A model generated the notes under the pieces. The model was not told where the DNA came from. It saw only the letters and a list, made by a program, of their open reading frames with translations, and made no database searches. A DNA stretch of 63,224 bases, counting the filler, from Choristocarpus tenellus KU-1152 (Eukaryota > Protista > Phaeophyceae): NCBI GenBank assembly GCA_964200185.2. It is 11 parts of 11 records of this genome, joined end to end, with 100 filler letters (N's around TTAATTAATTAA, not from the genome) between each part and the next. Parts side by side here need not be neighbours in the genome. Positions count along the whole stretch, not along the records: positions 8,319 to 18,843 come from CAXNAD020002875.1; positions 18,944 to 22,222 come from CAXNAD020021074.1; positions 22,323 to 25,599 come from CAXNAD020021093.1; 8 more parts are not named here. The stretch is one strand, 5' to 3'. The position numbers were made by a program, and so were the translations under genes. Below, piece after piece: positions 13,039 to 25,280 of this stretch (positions are counted from its first letter, which is position 1; every line of letters begins with the position of its first letter).

Positions 13039-14399
13039 ACTGCAGGAAACAATCACCATTGTAGAGAACGACAGGGTGGTGATTTGCTTTGCAGTATGAC
13101 GAAGACCTGTAGCATAAACCCAGTGTCAAAGGGCTCTAAATTGGTTGCAACCACATTCCAAGTAGTCATCATGGCACCAGTGAGTCCAAAATGGGTAAGA
13201 TGTTTTGATGGTCAAAGGTTGTTGCTGGGCAAGGGTAGGGCAGACGTGGAGGATCCACCAATAAGTAGACGTTGAGTTTTATCATCGAGAAGACAACCAG
13301 AACTGTCAATGGTGAAGGGTCAGCTGCACTGAGAGCAAAAATCTAAGGTACCCACTGCACCGCATGAGATAAGAGTTGGATTGTTGATGATGCTGGTATG
13401 CATGACACTATGCTATTAGAAAGGTGACCTTACAAGCAGGTGGCAGTTCTGCTATTTTGAACATGCACCTAATAAGTAGGGCAATTATCTTGCTTTCTAG
13501 GCACTTTTGAAATCACATTTATTCCAAAATTTGAGCCAACAGTTCATCTGTAGTTGCCATCTTCTCACTTTATATATACAATTTTCACTTCCGATCAAGT
13601 GATCAGGTGAAAGCTTATAACTTCAGCTTCAAATGAGTGTAGTACGCGACCTCTATCTGTAAGTGTTTAACTGTTGGCATTCACAGAGAACTCAGACAGT
13701 ATTTCAAAACATACTTGGGGCCGTCTGATTTTTAAAAGTTGGGAAAGGACCCTAGGGAAGATCATACTTGATGCAAAATCAATCAGAACACCAAGCTAGT
13801 GAGTAGGGATAACAACCAATCTCGGAATCTAGATTTCTAGATGCTCTAGAACCCTATCAATTTAGGCAGTGTGACAGATTGAGATTGCAATGCTTGCTAG
13901 AATTTCTCAAGAGTGTGTTCTAGAGACTTTATTTGCAACGGTGTTAAAAAAAATCACCTAAGAAGTAGGGGAGATGAAGTCATATTGTATACATAGGTGC
14001 ACTACATCGTAACAGGTTGTGTTCACCTGTCAGACTATCAATTGCTGCAAGGAAGACCTCTCCATTTTGACCTGCACTAGGCTTGTGCTTGATAGAGTGC
14101 TGGCATTTACATGTTCAATAAGGTCTACTCTTTATGAGCAACCTAACGACAACCATCCTGTATTTTTGTTTGTCCTGTGGAAGGATATTTCAGCATTTGT
14201 ACACATTGTCACCATTGTTTTGAACATCGTGAAGACGAAAAACAAATCAGTCAACAAAGTAAATTGGGGCAGAAAGGGGGTGAAAGTTGATGTTGAAGTA
14301 TCAGTGCTTTGATTTGAATCAGAGATGGCTCTACATTGGCTAAGGAACATACTTCTATCTAGTACCTGAATTGTGAAGTAATTAGGTTCACAGAATTGA

Positions 14400-15650
14400 A
14401 CGTTTGGGGATTGATGCTCAAGTTATGATCAGTTTGATTGAGTGGACATGTGTTGCGTTGCCTAAAGTTGTTGTGTGGTCTTCATCGTTGCTTGTGCTCT
14501 TAGCGAGGGGTCATTTAACTTGATCTTCCACAACAAGTTGCAAAATTTACAGGTTGATTGCAGTGAGCGGCAAACGTTGGTTATCAGAGGGAACAGGAGT
14601 AGATGCAGGGATCTTTGTGGGTGTTCTTCATTAATGAAACCAAATGTTGACCTATTGACACCCAAGCAATGAGTCCCTGATGACAATTAAGAAAAAGAAA
14701 GGATTGAGAAGGTCATGCTCAGGGTTGCCTGCAGATGAGTTGATGTTACAAAACAAGATGGGGAGACCAAAGATCATACAAGAGTCCATGTGGCTGCAGT
14801 AACATACAGTAGTGAATGCTGCCAGAAGTATCAATCAAAAGGTTGGGGAAGCTGATGTGAAAAATCAAGTGGATAAAGTGAGGTTGACCAGGGGAGAGGT
14901 TTTCGGAGGGACAGCAACCCACACTCCTCATTATGTGCTCAAGCTCATCATCGACAACCATATGGGCCAATCTGAGGCTGCTGAGATTGTCTGCCAAAAT
15001 GTGGGAGTGGGAAAAGACAAGGTTTTCAACATTGTGAATATTTGAGATGAAGGGGAAGATCTTGAGCACCTTAGGGGTTTGGAGGGAGGGCATTCAATTG
15101 AACTTGGATAGGAGGGGCAAGCTTGTTAACCACAGCTTGATGAGACAGAACTCCACATTTGTACACAACACTCTTCAGGAAATGGGCCAAACCAATCGAG
15201 AGGTAGGCAAAATTACATTTTAAGGGCGCCAAGAAAAGGTAAAAAGACGAAAATTGCAGAACGAGCCTTTGGTTATTTGTGGTGTCAAGATGTGTCTGGA
15301 GAGGGGGAATAATGATTTTGTGTACACTATTATGCACATAGACCAATGAAATAGAGAATACTGGAGAGGGCAAGAAAGGTGGCTTAGAAACCAAAAGGGT
15401 CCAAACCTGCCTACCTCTCAATTGGTTTGGGTCAATATTACCTTCTGTTAGGACTTATTAGCCTGAGTAAAGACAAAGCTTGGAGCGGAAATAACATCGA
15501 AGGGTCTGTCCAGCATTGTGGAACAACTGGGCTATGTCCATAGAACAAGTAGAATCAAGATCCCGCCTCTAACAGAGGAGTTGAAAGCATGCATTCAAAG
15601 GTTCTTGGTTGAATACTGGGGGCTGGTAAAGAGAATGTTGAAGGGAAAAC
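14400..15650 (-). mobile_element. Highly degenerate Copia pol remnant (RT N-terminal part), interrupted by a MITE
   Basis: Minus frame PTPTFWQTISAASDWPIWLSMM..GVWVAVPP resembles the Copia RT start; VCRSL..LWKIKLND further down. Confidence 0.55.
15184..15433. mobile_element. MITE family B (copy 1), about 26-bp TIRs
   Basis: GGGCCAAACCAATCGAGAGGTAGGCA ... TGCCTACCTCTCAATTGGTTTGGGTC, with AAT on both flanks. Confidence 0.8.
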
Positions 15651-16995
15651 TGTTATTTCTACATGGATGAATCGTTTGACCATCACCTGCATGGCTCAGC
15701 ATACTACTACTTCGAGAGATGGGAGAATACAGGCTGATAAATTATCAGAAAGGTTAACCCATTGATTTTGATTGATGGATATGGGGTACCCATCAGTGAC
15801 TTGCCAAGACTCATAGGTGCTTGCTGAGGGGGGGATAGAAGAGGAGATTTTGCTCGAGGAGAATGAGGTGGAAATTATTTCGAAAGATGGCAATAAATGA
15901 CACTGTCAAGGTTGACAACTCTTAGCCTTCAATGCGATGAATATCAAAAGACAAGCATTGTGCTTCCTTACAACTTCTGTACTTAAAACCACATCAATTT
16001 GAGCCACCTATCAGTCCTGTTTATGTTATCATTCCAATAAGGTAAGGTAAGCTTCATGTCATGAATGGGTAAAACAGTCATATAGATATGAAAACAAAAA
16101 GACTCCAAAACAGAAGTGCTTCCCTTGTCCAGATTATGCACCCTACTGCACGCTGTATTGTGAGTTGTAGGTACTATAATGGCTTGATCACTGGGTTCGG
16201 ACGTCAGCTTTCATTCAATATACAAGTATGTTTCATAGGCTGAATTAAACTAGCACATTTTACGTTTTGAGTGACTCAGTATAAATTGAGGGATTGAGGT
16301 ATTTACTCCAAATTGGTCCTTGAGTCCAGGTATCTTGGGCTGCACATTGAGTTGGGATCTCAAGCCAACTTCATGCCCTCCACCTTGTCCTCATATCTGA
16401 AAGCATATTCCCTTTGTGGTCTAATCGAAAATTTCCAGGAGATATTTTGTTTGACCTACTCACTAGTGCACCTGAAAATAGTACTACACAGTGGCAAAGT
16501 GTTACAGCCAACTATACAGGCAATGAATAATCAGTAGAAGGCACAATATTAAGAGGGCAGCCAGAGTTTTTCATCAGATAGCAAGACAGCAAGACAAGAG
16601 CAGTGAATCTTCAGTGTTCATATTCAGGCACTATTTGTGTGACTGCCCAGGTGAAGAAAATTGGGGGTGCAAAAATTACATTGAAAAGTGCAGCAGCCTT
16701 CATTTTGACTGCCTGAGTACCTGTCTCTACTTCAAACTGCACTTCAGCCGTTGTTGAATCAATACACTAGCATGGAGGTTACATAAATAATAGATAGTGT
16801 TGAATTGAGCAAATGAACTTAGGTGCAGCCCATGAGTATGAAGTATGAATAGGAAAACCTAACCTATACTTTTGCAATAAGCAAATGTTCATAATATGGC
16901 AAGGCATTGGATACATGGTAGCAATACCGCAAATACTGATGGGTTGAACACAATGAAATATTATTTTGCGTCCAACAGCACATATCACGACAATA

Positions 16996-18237
16996 CTAAG
17001 GACAATTCAACTTGACTGAAAGGAGCCACACCTCAAACTCCTTGTTATTGAGTCTCGTCAGCACCCGCACATGATTGCGCAGGGTAGGCTCCAGCCCCTG
17101 TTCGCGCATTGCCTGGGCACGCGGCCTCAAGCGCCCATCAGTACTGCAGCCCATGACGCGCGGGTTCGCCACAGCAACTTTGCGAATATCCTCCAGTGAC
17201 GCACCCACCTCTTCGCAAAAAAAGGCGATCTTGGGCGCTAGGTTGCGCTCCACACTGAAGGTAAGGAGACTTGGGTAAGAGGTAACCATGGACATGACCT
17301 GGTCGTGGGAAGCATCCAGAGCATCTCTCAGCCACTTGACCTTGTGCTCAAGGTTTTTCTCCAAACTTACAACGAGCACATTAGGGCATCGGTACACAAG
17401 GCTTACTGCTGCATCACGATCAAGCCCTAGCCCACCCACTATCCACTTTCGCTTCGGTTCCAGGTTAGACTCAACATTCAACCCAAAAATGCTTGGACTC
17501 CCCGAAAGAACATGAGCAGCCTGGTGGCGATCCATACCCCACTTATCCTCAAGCCAATGCAACTTTGGTCTCAAATTATCCTCAATACTCAGCCCAAGAA
17601 TGCTAGGATGTTTCAAGACAGCTTTGGCAGCAAGAGAACCGCTAAACCCCAGGTCCTCCTCAAGCCATTTTATGGTAGGTTCCATTTTGTCATCCCAGCT
17701 TAGCCCCAACACTGACGGTGTTGATGTTACAAACTTGATCAAAGCCTCCTGTTCGAGCCCCAGTCGACCACAGACTCGCCGCAACTTGGGATCCAGATTG
17801 GCATCGATGCTGAGACCCAGGATCTGAGGGAAAGAGCCGATCACTTTCAATATGGCATCAGGAGTTAACCCTACCCTATCACATAGCCACGTTGAAAGGG
17901 TTTTAGCTGCCTTGGAAGACCTCCACAGGATCGACGGGTCGCGAAGAGTTACCGATTTCACTGTTGCAGCAGGCATGCCTCCTTCTAGTAAGAAACCTAT
18001 TGCTGTCGATGGCCCTCCCCCATTCGGACCTAATGAACTTTCTAGGGCTGCCGTGGAGCGCTGCTTCATCGACCAGTGACCTCCTAACTTTACCACATCC
18101 TTCTGGGTCAATCTTAACACGTCCAGGAGGGTCGTGGATGTCGGTGCATGGCTTCCAAACTGACGTGCGGGAGGCCTCAGGTAGCGAGCACCACGAATAG
18201 GAGCACGACAAATGGACAAGGTCCATGAGGATGACAT
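16996..18237 (-). CDS. mTERF-family protein, single exon, about 413 aa
   Basis: Long ORF with tandem mTERF repeats (PQILGLSIDANLDPKL, PSILGLSIEDNLRPKLHWL, GCSTDGRLRPR). First ATG at 18237; the Arg/Ser-rich N-terminus resembles a mitochondrial presequence. Confidence 0.93.
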   Translation of the reverse strand: MSSSWTLSICRAPIRGARYLRPPARQFGSHAPTSTTLLDVLRLTQKDVVKLGGHWSMKQRSTAALESSLGPNGGGPSTAIGFLLEGGMPAATVKSVTLRDPSILWRSSKAAKTLSTWLCDRVGLTPDAILKVIGSFPQILGLSIDANLDPKLRRVCGRLGLEQEALIKFVTSTPSVLGLSWDDKMEPTIKWLEEDLGFSGSLAAKAVLKHPSILGLSIEDNLRPKLHWLEDKWGMDRHQAAHVLSGSPSIFGLNVESNLEPKRKWIVGGLGLDRDAAVSLVYRCPNVLVVSLEKNLEHKVKWLRDALDASHDQVMSMVTSYPSLLTFSVERNLAPKIAFFCEEVGASLEDIRKVAVANPRVMGCSTDGRLRPRAQAMREQGLEPTLRNHVRVLTRLNNKEFEVWLLSVKLNCP

Positions 18238-18943
18238 GTCGAACAACTCAAGCAATCTTTGGTTGTGGATTGAATTATACCTCGCTTCGTCTAGTATATT
18301 TGGTGTACCCTATAATGTATAATGCCCTTAATGACCTTCAACAAAAATCCATATAATTGCACTATTTACCTCTTCCAGGTTAGAAAGTTCCATACATTTC
18401 GCTTGTTCGAACCCGTTCGACGTCAAACTTCTTTTCAGGGAAATCTAGTTTCGATGAGTAAATTCCACTTCCCAACACAACTGATTCCACTGTACTATCC
18501 TATCTTACCGTTATACCACCAAAAAAGCACTCGACCAAGATATTAAGGTGAAAGCTTCAACAAGATTAGAGGGAGGGGATAAGTTGATGTACAGTGAAAG
18601 TCCTGAATCAGCACACGAGAACCAAGGTTGGAACATAGCCAGTACAACTAGTTTCTATAGCAACACAGTTAAGTCGTTACTACTGATAAACGTGTAGTGT
18701 AATGTATAGTGCCTTTGATCACATTGCAGGATACTCTCCACACTCATGTCATCACAATAAAATGGAGATTAGTTCAGATAGTAGATTCACTACTGCTGTT
18801 CTGAGTCTCAAAAACATCAAGACCCAAAGTATCTGGGAGGGGGNNNNNNNNNNNNNNNNNNNNNNNNNNNNNNNNNNNNNNNNNNNNTTAATTAATTAAN
18901 NNNNNNNNNNNNNNNNNNNNNNNNNNNNNNNNNNNNNNNNNNN

Positions 18944-19117
18944 GTGATGCCCCCCCCTGCTGCCCGTGGGGGTGTGTCAGAAAAGCCTAAGAAGGGCAGG
19001 GAGGACCTAAAGCGAAAACAGAAGCTGGAGAGGGAGAAGCATGGCATAGTCCTGGATGAGGTGGCTCCAAAGGAGACTGGTCGGCAGGCAATAGTGGTGA
19101 GCGTTAAAACTTCACTT

Positions 19118-19159
<42 letters not shown>

Positions 19160-19694
19160 ACCAAATCTCCAAGTGGAGATCATGTCATGTGGACAAAGAG
19201 AGATTATGCGCCACTTGTTTTAGTGCCAGCTTTTGTGTGTTTGCTTTCCAACAGCATGCCCCCTCCCTGCAAGGTTTCTTGTGGTCTTTCACTGATGGTG
19301 ATGGGAAGTAACAAGCCCCATTCTTGCAAGTCTGATTCTTGACCAGTGTCTCTCTGCTGCCATCCCTTCCCCCCCCCCTATCGTGTTTCACATTGTTCGT
19401 TGGAGACAGGACAAGAGGCGTGAGACCGGGTCTCGGATGCATGCGGCAGCACGAGAGCGAGAGGAAGGAAGAGATGGCCTTGATATGCGTGAGGCTGACA
19501 CCATGGGGGGGGGGGATGGATTCCAGGAACACATTGCAAGGTCTCAGGCCTCGCGAGAACGGCGTGAAGCTGCCAAGCAGGATCGACTTAGCAGCTTGGC
19601 GGCAAAGGAAGAGGAGAAGCGCGCAGCATTCTTGGCGCAGATGGGCATCAAGCCCGGGCAAAAAATCACAATTCGACCTCGGTCTGATGGTTAG
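18944..19694 (+). CDS. 3' part of conserved charged protein, probably SCI1-like (style cell-cycle inhibitor 1 family)
   Basis: Exons <18944-19096 and 19410-19694 join in phase 0: LDEVAPKETGRQAIV|DKRRE...GLDMREADTMGGGDGF. Family call from remembered motif. Confidence 0.65.
19122..19155. repeat. (GT)n microsatellite
   Basis: Direct reading. Confidence 0.95.
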
Positions 19695-22354
19695 AAGGGG
19701 AGGCATTACCACAGTGGACTTGGAATTGGTGTATAGAATGTTTCCGATGAGCCTTGGGTTGGGGAATGGTGAATAAATGGGGCTGTTTGTGCTAGTGTGA
19801 GTGAGAGGGTGTTTTTGGTTGTATGTAGTGTGAGGTGAGGGCGAGTTGGGAGGTTTTGAAGGGTTTATTAATAGAGTTGGTTGATCAGAGGTGTGAGCTT
19901 GTTCAGTGCAGGTTGCGAGCATGCTGCTGTGCCTGATCATATGTTTTTTTTTTAAGGTTTTGTATTCGTTTGGAAGGCCTCTCCATTGGAGTCCTTGTGT
20001 GCAACGTTGGATTATTCTCGATAACTGTCATTACTGTGTGTGTATCATATTGCTAGCTGTATCTGTATGACAGATGAAGCAAAGTGTCGGTTACATGCAC
20101 TCGTACTATCGATTTTTTGTTGTTACAGATTAGGAATGTCACAAGAAGAGAAGTCTACCCTGTACCATCTACTCTCCATTGAGGAATGGGCTGCTTGACA
20201 TGTACTGATTATGTCAACTGCTATCTGAGGTCTCGATTGACATGACACAGTTGAAGAACTGTAATGAACTTACTATTTCCATCCTTGCAAAGCATTGCTA
20301 AATCTACTCCGACAGGTCTAGTAATCCAAAGTGAGAGGTAGACTGGAACAGAGGAAGCCACCAAGGCACAGCATCATAAGCATCAGGTGGACCCACTGCT
20401 TGGAGTACTTCTCCTTTTGATGCCAGAAATGACTCTGTGGCAATCGTTACAATCCAAGAGGGTGTTGAGACTTGTGTATGAGGTGTCTCTTCAGCTGGGG
20501 GCTCATTTTTTGATCACTTACAGGTGTACCTCCCACAGCAGAGGTGTAGATATGATATTAGTAGCAGTGAAGACTGCTTCTATATCCCATTAATACAAGG
20601 GACTAGTGCCCAAGGGTTGCTTGCTAAATTGGTTATTCTTAGCAGTTCACGAGGGCTTGCGATGGATTGTATTTGTTCGTTCCCTTGAAGGTACTGCTTT
20701 AGGTTGGTGTTTGGCAGGACTGTTGACAGGGGCTTGTTTGCATGGTTTTCTCCTGGAAGACAACCTCTACTTCAACCTTTCATAGCTTCTGCCCCTCCTC
20801 TCTACTGCTCGGTGGTCTTGCAAGAGTACATTGCAATGTGTTGTCTAACAGGGGAGCGATGCTGCAGATGCAATTATTTGCTGACTACTTTGTGTGTGTA
20901 GCTATCATACCTCTGTTGTATCTGACGTGAAGTCTTGTCTTAGTGTACACAGGCAGTACATTTCAATTTTCTCGAATCTTATGTTGACTGGATGGATTTC
21001 ATTAGCTACTCCACCACATCAACAACCGAGAAGGTAATGTGCTTGAAGCTTGAGATGCCACTGATGATAGAGACCCAAGAAACACCTGGGTAGGGTTTGC
21101 TAATGATCCCACCCATGATAGTGTTGCTTTCACGCTGGCAATCACCCTTGCCCTGGACTACACTGGAAGTAGCACAGTTTGATCAGATGACCATGGATGA
21201 AAAATCACTAAGGTCTTCAGCATGATTTACCTGGAAAGCCTCCCTTTGTCAACAGCCAGATCTGCAGGAGTGACGTCCTGGGAAACACATACATGTAAAT
21301 GTATGTGCATCACGATTGAGCAATACGATTTAGTTCTTGTTCTGAGCTTGGCAGCTTGAAAACACGATATAAATCAGTCCTGATCAAAACGGAGTGGTGG
21401 TGCTATGGAGAGGGCTCTCTCAACCAGTTTGACTGTGGGTTAAGATAATACAGTCAGTGTACACAGGGACATCAGCACACAGTGTAGGAAGTACCTTGCT
21501 ACACTAAATGTTGCATTGCACATCAATAAAAGTAGAATCGGAAACCGTCTCATCGTGTACCTGTTTCCGATAAAGCGTATCATACACTTAATGCACTGCT
21601 GAGTATTATGTGGTACCTGCTAGATTGGCAAGAAACAGATCGCATTCTTTGTGCGCAGGGATGGAAAAAAAACTTGCTCTTTGATAGAAGGCACTAACTG
21701 CCTTGGTGCACATACTTAGTCCACTTGTGAGCAGGCGATACCTTCAAGTACACCAACAAGCTGCTCATGATATCAGTGCAGCTGGATATTTTACCTCGAG
21801 GTTTGTTGTGCAGATTTTGGCTCCAACAGCCTGGAGATAGTCAAGGAGCTTCACATGGTTGTGACGTGCAGCTTTATGTGCTGGTGTCTCCCCCTGCAAG
21901 GGACAGAGAGGAGAAAGTGAGAGTTTATGAAGTAATCTGAGTTTTGTGGGCGGAAGAGTTCTGGTTGGCTGGGGGCACAGGACAAGGGAAGGCAGTGGAA
22001 AGAAAAAGGAAGCAGGAAGAGAACGAATAGGTAGGGAAGGGGAAAAGGTTAATGGAAATGAGAGGTAGGAAGAGGTTAGGAGCAGCGTTCAGTAAGTACT
22101 AAGAAGGCTGAGAACCAGGGGCACAGGACGAGGAGGGTGGAACCAAGACAACCTCCGAGCAAGCTCTCCCGCCCACCCACCCTGTCGCTTGCTCACGACC
22201 GATGGGTACACTGGGTAAGGGGNNNNNNNNNNNNNNNNNNNNNNNNNNNNNNNNNNNNNNNNNNNNTTAATTAATTAANNNNNNNNNNNNNNNNNNNNNN
22301 NNNNNNNNNNNNNNNNNNNNNNCCAACCTCTCCACAACCAAGGGCAAAACCTAC

Positions 22355-23368
22355 CTCTTTGTTCGCGGCGTAGATCACAATTGTGGTCTTGTGAGGCATG
22401 AATTGCCCGTACGTATCCGCCCAGTAGTCTATCCAGGACATCACCAGGTCTCACTTCGGAGCCATGTCCTTCTCTTTGTTCGTGTCGTTCCTGTTGTAGT
22501 AGCGCACATATGTATATATGGATATGGAGTTGTGTTGGAGGTGGATATAAGGGACGGGGGATTGAATCGTAGAGGGATCGTACAGCGGATCTCCAATTCT
22601 GTAGGTATTTACGCGTGGTAACTGCAGCAGCAGCGCAGGGACGGTCAGATGAGATGATAATGTTAAAGCATAAATAAACATATCACACATGTACATACAC
22701 ATATATGTAACACATAACTCCCCGCTGGAGGGATCTCTAACCTTGTACATCAGACATCTAGGCGTGGTAACTGCAAACTGGATGTGGCGAGTACGGTCGG
22801 ATTACATCGTTCTGAGATAGGACTACTGTTCAATCGTCAAGTAGGCGTTGATATATACCAGGTACAAATAACACTGTGTATTTACATCAAACCCACCTCT
22901 CCACGCAGGAGGATGCTCTTGCGTTAGGTGTACCTTTGCAAGTGTCGATGACATGGATGCTCCGAACGATGCCTTGAAAAACTGCGTACAAACGGGAATG
23001 CCGGCCGCGAGCATAGATCTGCCTCCAGGTCCCAACTTAATGACAGGTACACAGTCACCAACGAAGCGCTTGCGATCGCGGCGGTTCTCACACACCCGGA
23101 TCATGTCCTGCTCTTTGGCCAACATGCGTGCAAGGAAGGACTCGCTATCTGCCACGAACTTCTTCACACAGGCTAAGCGCTTGCAGCAGTCTCCCTGTTC
23201 GTTGACCGGGATGGGTTGAGCCTATTTTCGGCGAAGCTTGGCGCCGGTCGCTGAAGCGTCATTGGTAGAAAGCTCCAGCGCATCAGTGTTGGCGGACTGA
23301 TGAGGGGGCAACACAGGGAGTGGCGCAGGCAACAAAAGCCATCCCCTTGCTGTGGGAGCAACTGTCAT
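22355..23368 (-). pseudogene. Intron-containing transposase-like gene (Sola2/DUF7869-type N-terminus), disrupted and truncated by contig end
   Basis: Exons 23368-22897 and 22490-22355: CCKRLACVKKF...VCTQFFKASFGAS and VMSWIDYWADTYGQFMPHK. TAG at 23222, frameshift near 22953, TGA at 22451. Catalytic DDD region not in window. Confidence 0.6.
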
Positions 23369-23451
23369 GGTGTTTTGGGGCAACAGGCGGTCTTGGGCAG
23401 TGAGAAGGTCTAGGAGTGAATTGAATTCGAAGGCGGGCGTATGAACGATGT

Positions 23452-24262
23452 TTGAGCTTCGGGCAATCCGTGGGACCACCCTGAGATCCATGATCCTGAA
23501 AATACGTGCATTGGGGTTTTTAGAAATTGTAAATCCGATTATATCCGTAATTTCAATAAATAAAAATACAAAGCACATACTTAATTGATCTTGTACGTTT
23601 CCAATGTTCCGAAACCAAAAGATAATAAAAATTCCACCCTCTAATTGTTCGACATTTGTATTTTTAAAGATACAAATTTCGACAAAAAGCGGTTTTTGAG
23701 TTTCGGGCGATCCATCGGACACCCGAAACCCTTGAACCGCCAAAACACATGTATTAGGGTTTTTAGAAATAGTAAATCCGATTATATCCGTTCTTACATT
23801 TTTTTAAAATACAAAGCACATACTTTATTGGTCTCATATGTTTCCAATGTTCCGAAACTAAAAGGTCACTTTCAACTGGTACCCTACAATTTTTTTTAAT
23901 ACTAAAACCGCTTTTTGTCGACATTTATATTTTTTTTTAAATACAAAAAGTCGACAAAAAGCGGTTTTTGAGTTTCGGGCGATCCGTCGGACCACCCGAA
24001 ACCCTTTAACCGCCAAAACACGTGCATTAGGGTTATTATGAAATAATAAAAATATTCTATTCTTCATATCAACAAATAAAAATGCAAACCACATACTTCA
24101 TTGACCTAATACGTTTGAAATGTACTGAAATGATAAGGTCACAAAAACTGATATCCTCTATCTGTTTTAAATATGAAATCGTATACTGTTCGATATTCGT
24201 ATTTTTTATAACACAATTATCAACGGAAAGAGAAATCTGAGTTCTTTGGGGACCGACCGACC
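23452..24262. repeat. AT-rich tandem array, 3 units of about 245-270 bp plus start of a 4th
   Basis: TTGAGTTTCGGGCGATCCGTCGGACCACCCGAAACCC-like heads near 23452, 23697, 23968 and (degenerate) 24238. Confidence 0.9.
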
Positions 24263-24381
24263 AGATGAAATGAAGCAGCACACCTCCCAGCCCTCACTCC
24301 TCATTTCCATTCCTTCCCTTCCGCACATACCACCAGCAGCTCTTACTTATCTATCCCCATCACACCCTCCCAATCTTCGCC

Positions 24382-25280
24382 ATGTCAAACATTCGCTCAA
24401 AAACGACCCCCTGCCCGCCGATGGCGCTGCCCACGGATCGAGAGCGTCGTACAGCAATGCCAAGGGCATGTCCTCGCTCCTAGAACATCACTACCTCGGC
24501 ACGTACAAGATGAAACTCGGCAACATCACATGCACGGAAATGGTGCGTCCCCTGAGCGAGCTCGGCCTTGCGCGAGTGAGCAAGTCCATCCGTGAAAAAG
24601 GCTGGCTCAAGCAGTTTGCTCCGTCCATCGTCATCCAACGAGACTGCTTAGGCAACAGGGACCAGCTCACCGCCGAAACTGTGCTTGCCGCTCAAGGACG
24701 TACACTGGACGGAAACCATAGAATGACAGTGTTGAAGAGAGAGTTTGATCCCGAACGCGCTTTCATGATGCGGATCTACATGGAGTTCAACCAAGCAGAA
24801 GAGAGGCTAATTGCCAACGGTGGGTGATGGAGTGTTGTCGTTGTTCCATGATGGCCTGACTCTTCTGATCAACTAAGCAACAAAATAAGTTGAGTGTTGT
24901 TGTTGTTCCATGATCGCCTGATGACTCTTCTGATCTACCAAATTGTTGCCGAGTTTCCTTTGTTTGGCTCATCGTCAGTCAGTCTGTTGTTGATCTTTTC
25001 ATTGTTGATCTTTTTTATCCCTCGTGGTCTTTCTGTCAGCAGCAACATGTTGCTCACTACTGCCTTCCGCTTGTGTCCCACGACCGCCTCCCACCTACCC
25101 CTTGCCCCGTTCGCCGACTGCACCGCCACACTTACAGCATTCAATGACGCAACCGAGAGTGTGGTTGAGCGCACACTGTACGATAAGGTATATTTTCAGC
25201 ACGAGCTCAAAGAAGCTATCAAGCGACAGATGAAGAAAAAAGAAGTGTCACTAGCAGAGATCCGCAAAATGTACTAAAAG
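24382..25280 (+). pseudogene. ParB/sulfiredoxin-like N-terminal domain gene, spliced, disrupted
   Basis: VRPLSELGLARVSKSIREKGW..APSIVI..LDGNHRMTVLK. Intron 24820-25137 (phase 1); next exon 25138-25280 has TAA at 25275 just before a GTGAG donor. ATG 24382 is out of frame with the domain. Confidence 0.7.

Noticed and set aside
19185-19940. 251-aa minus-strand ORF
   Set aside because: Antisense to the SCI1-like exon and low-complexity UTR.
23452-24262. Array as a CRISPR-like locus
   Set aside because: Sequences between conserved heads are homologous to each other, not unique spacers.
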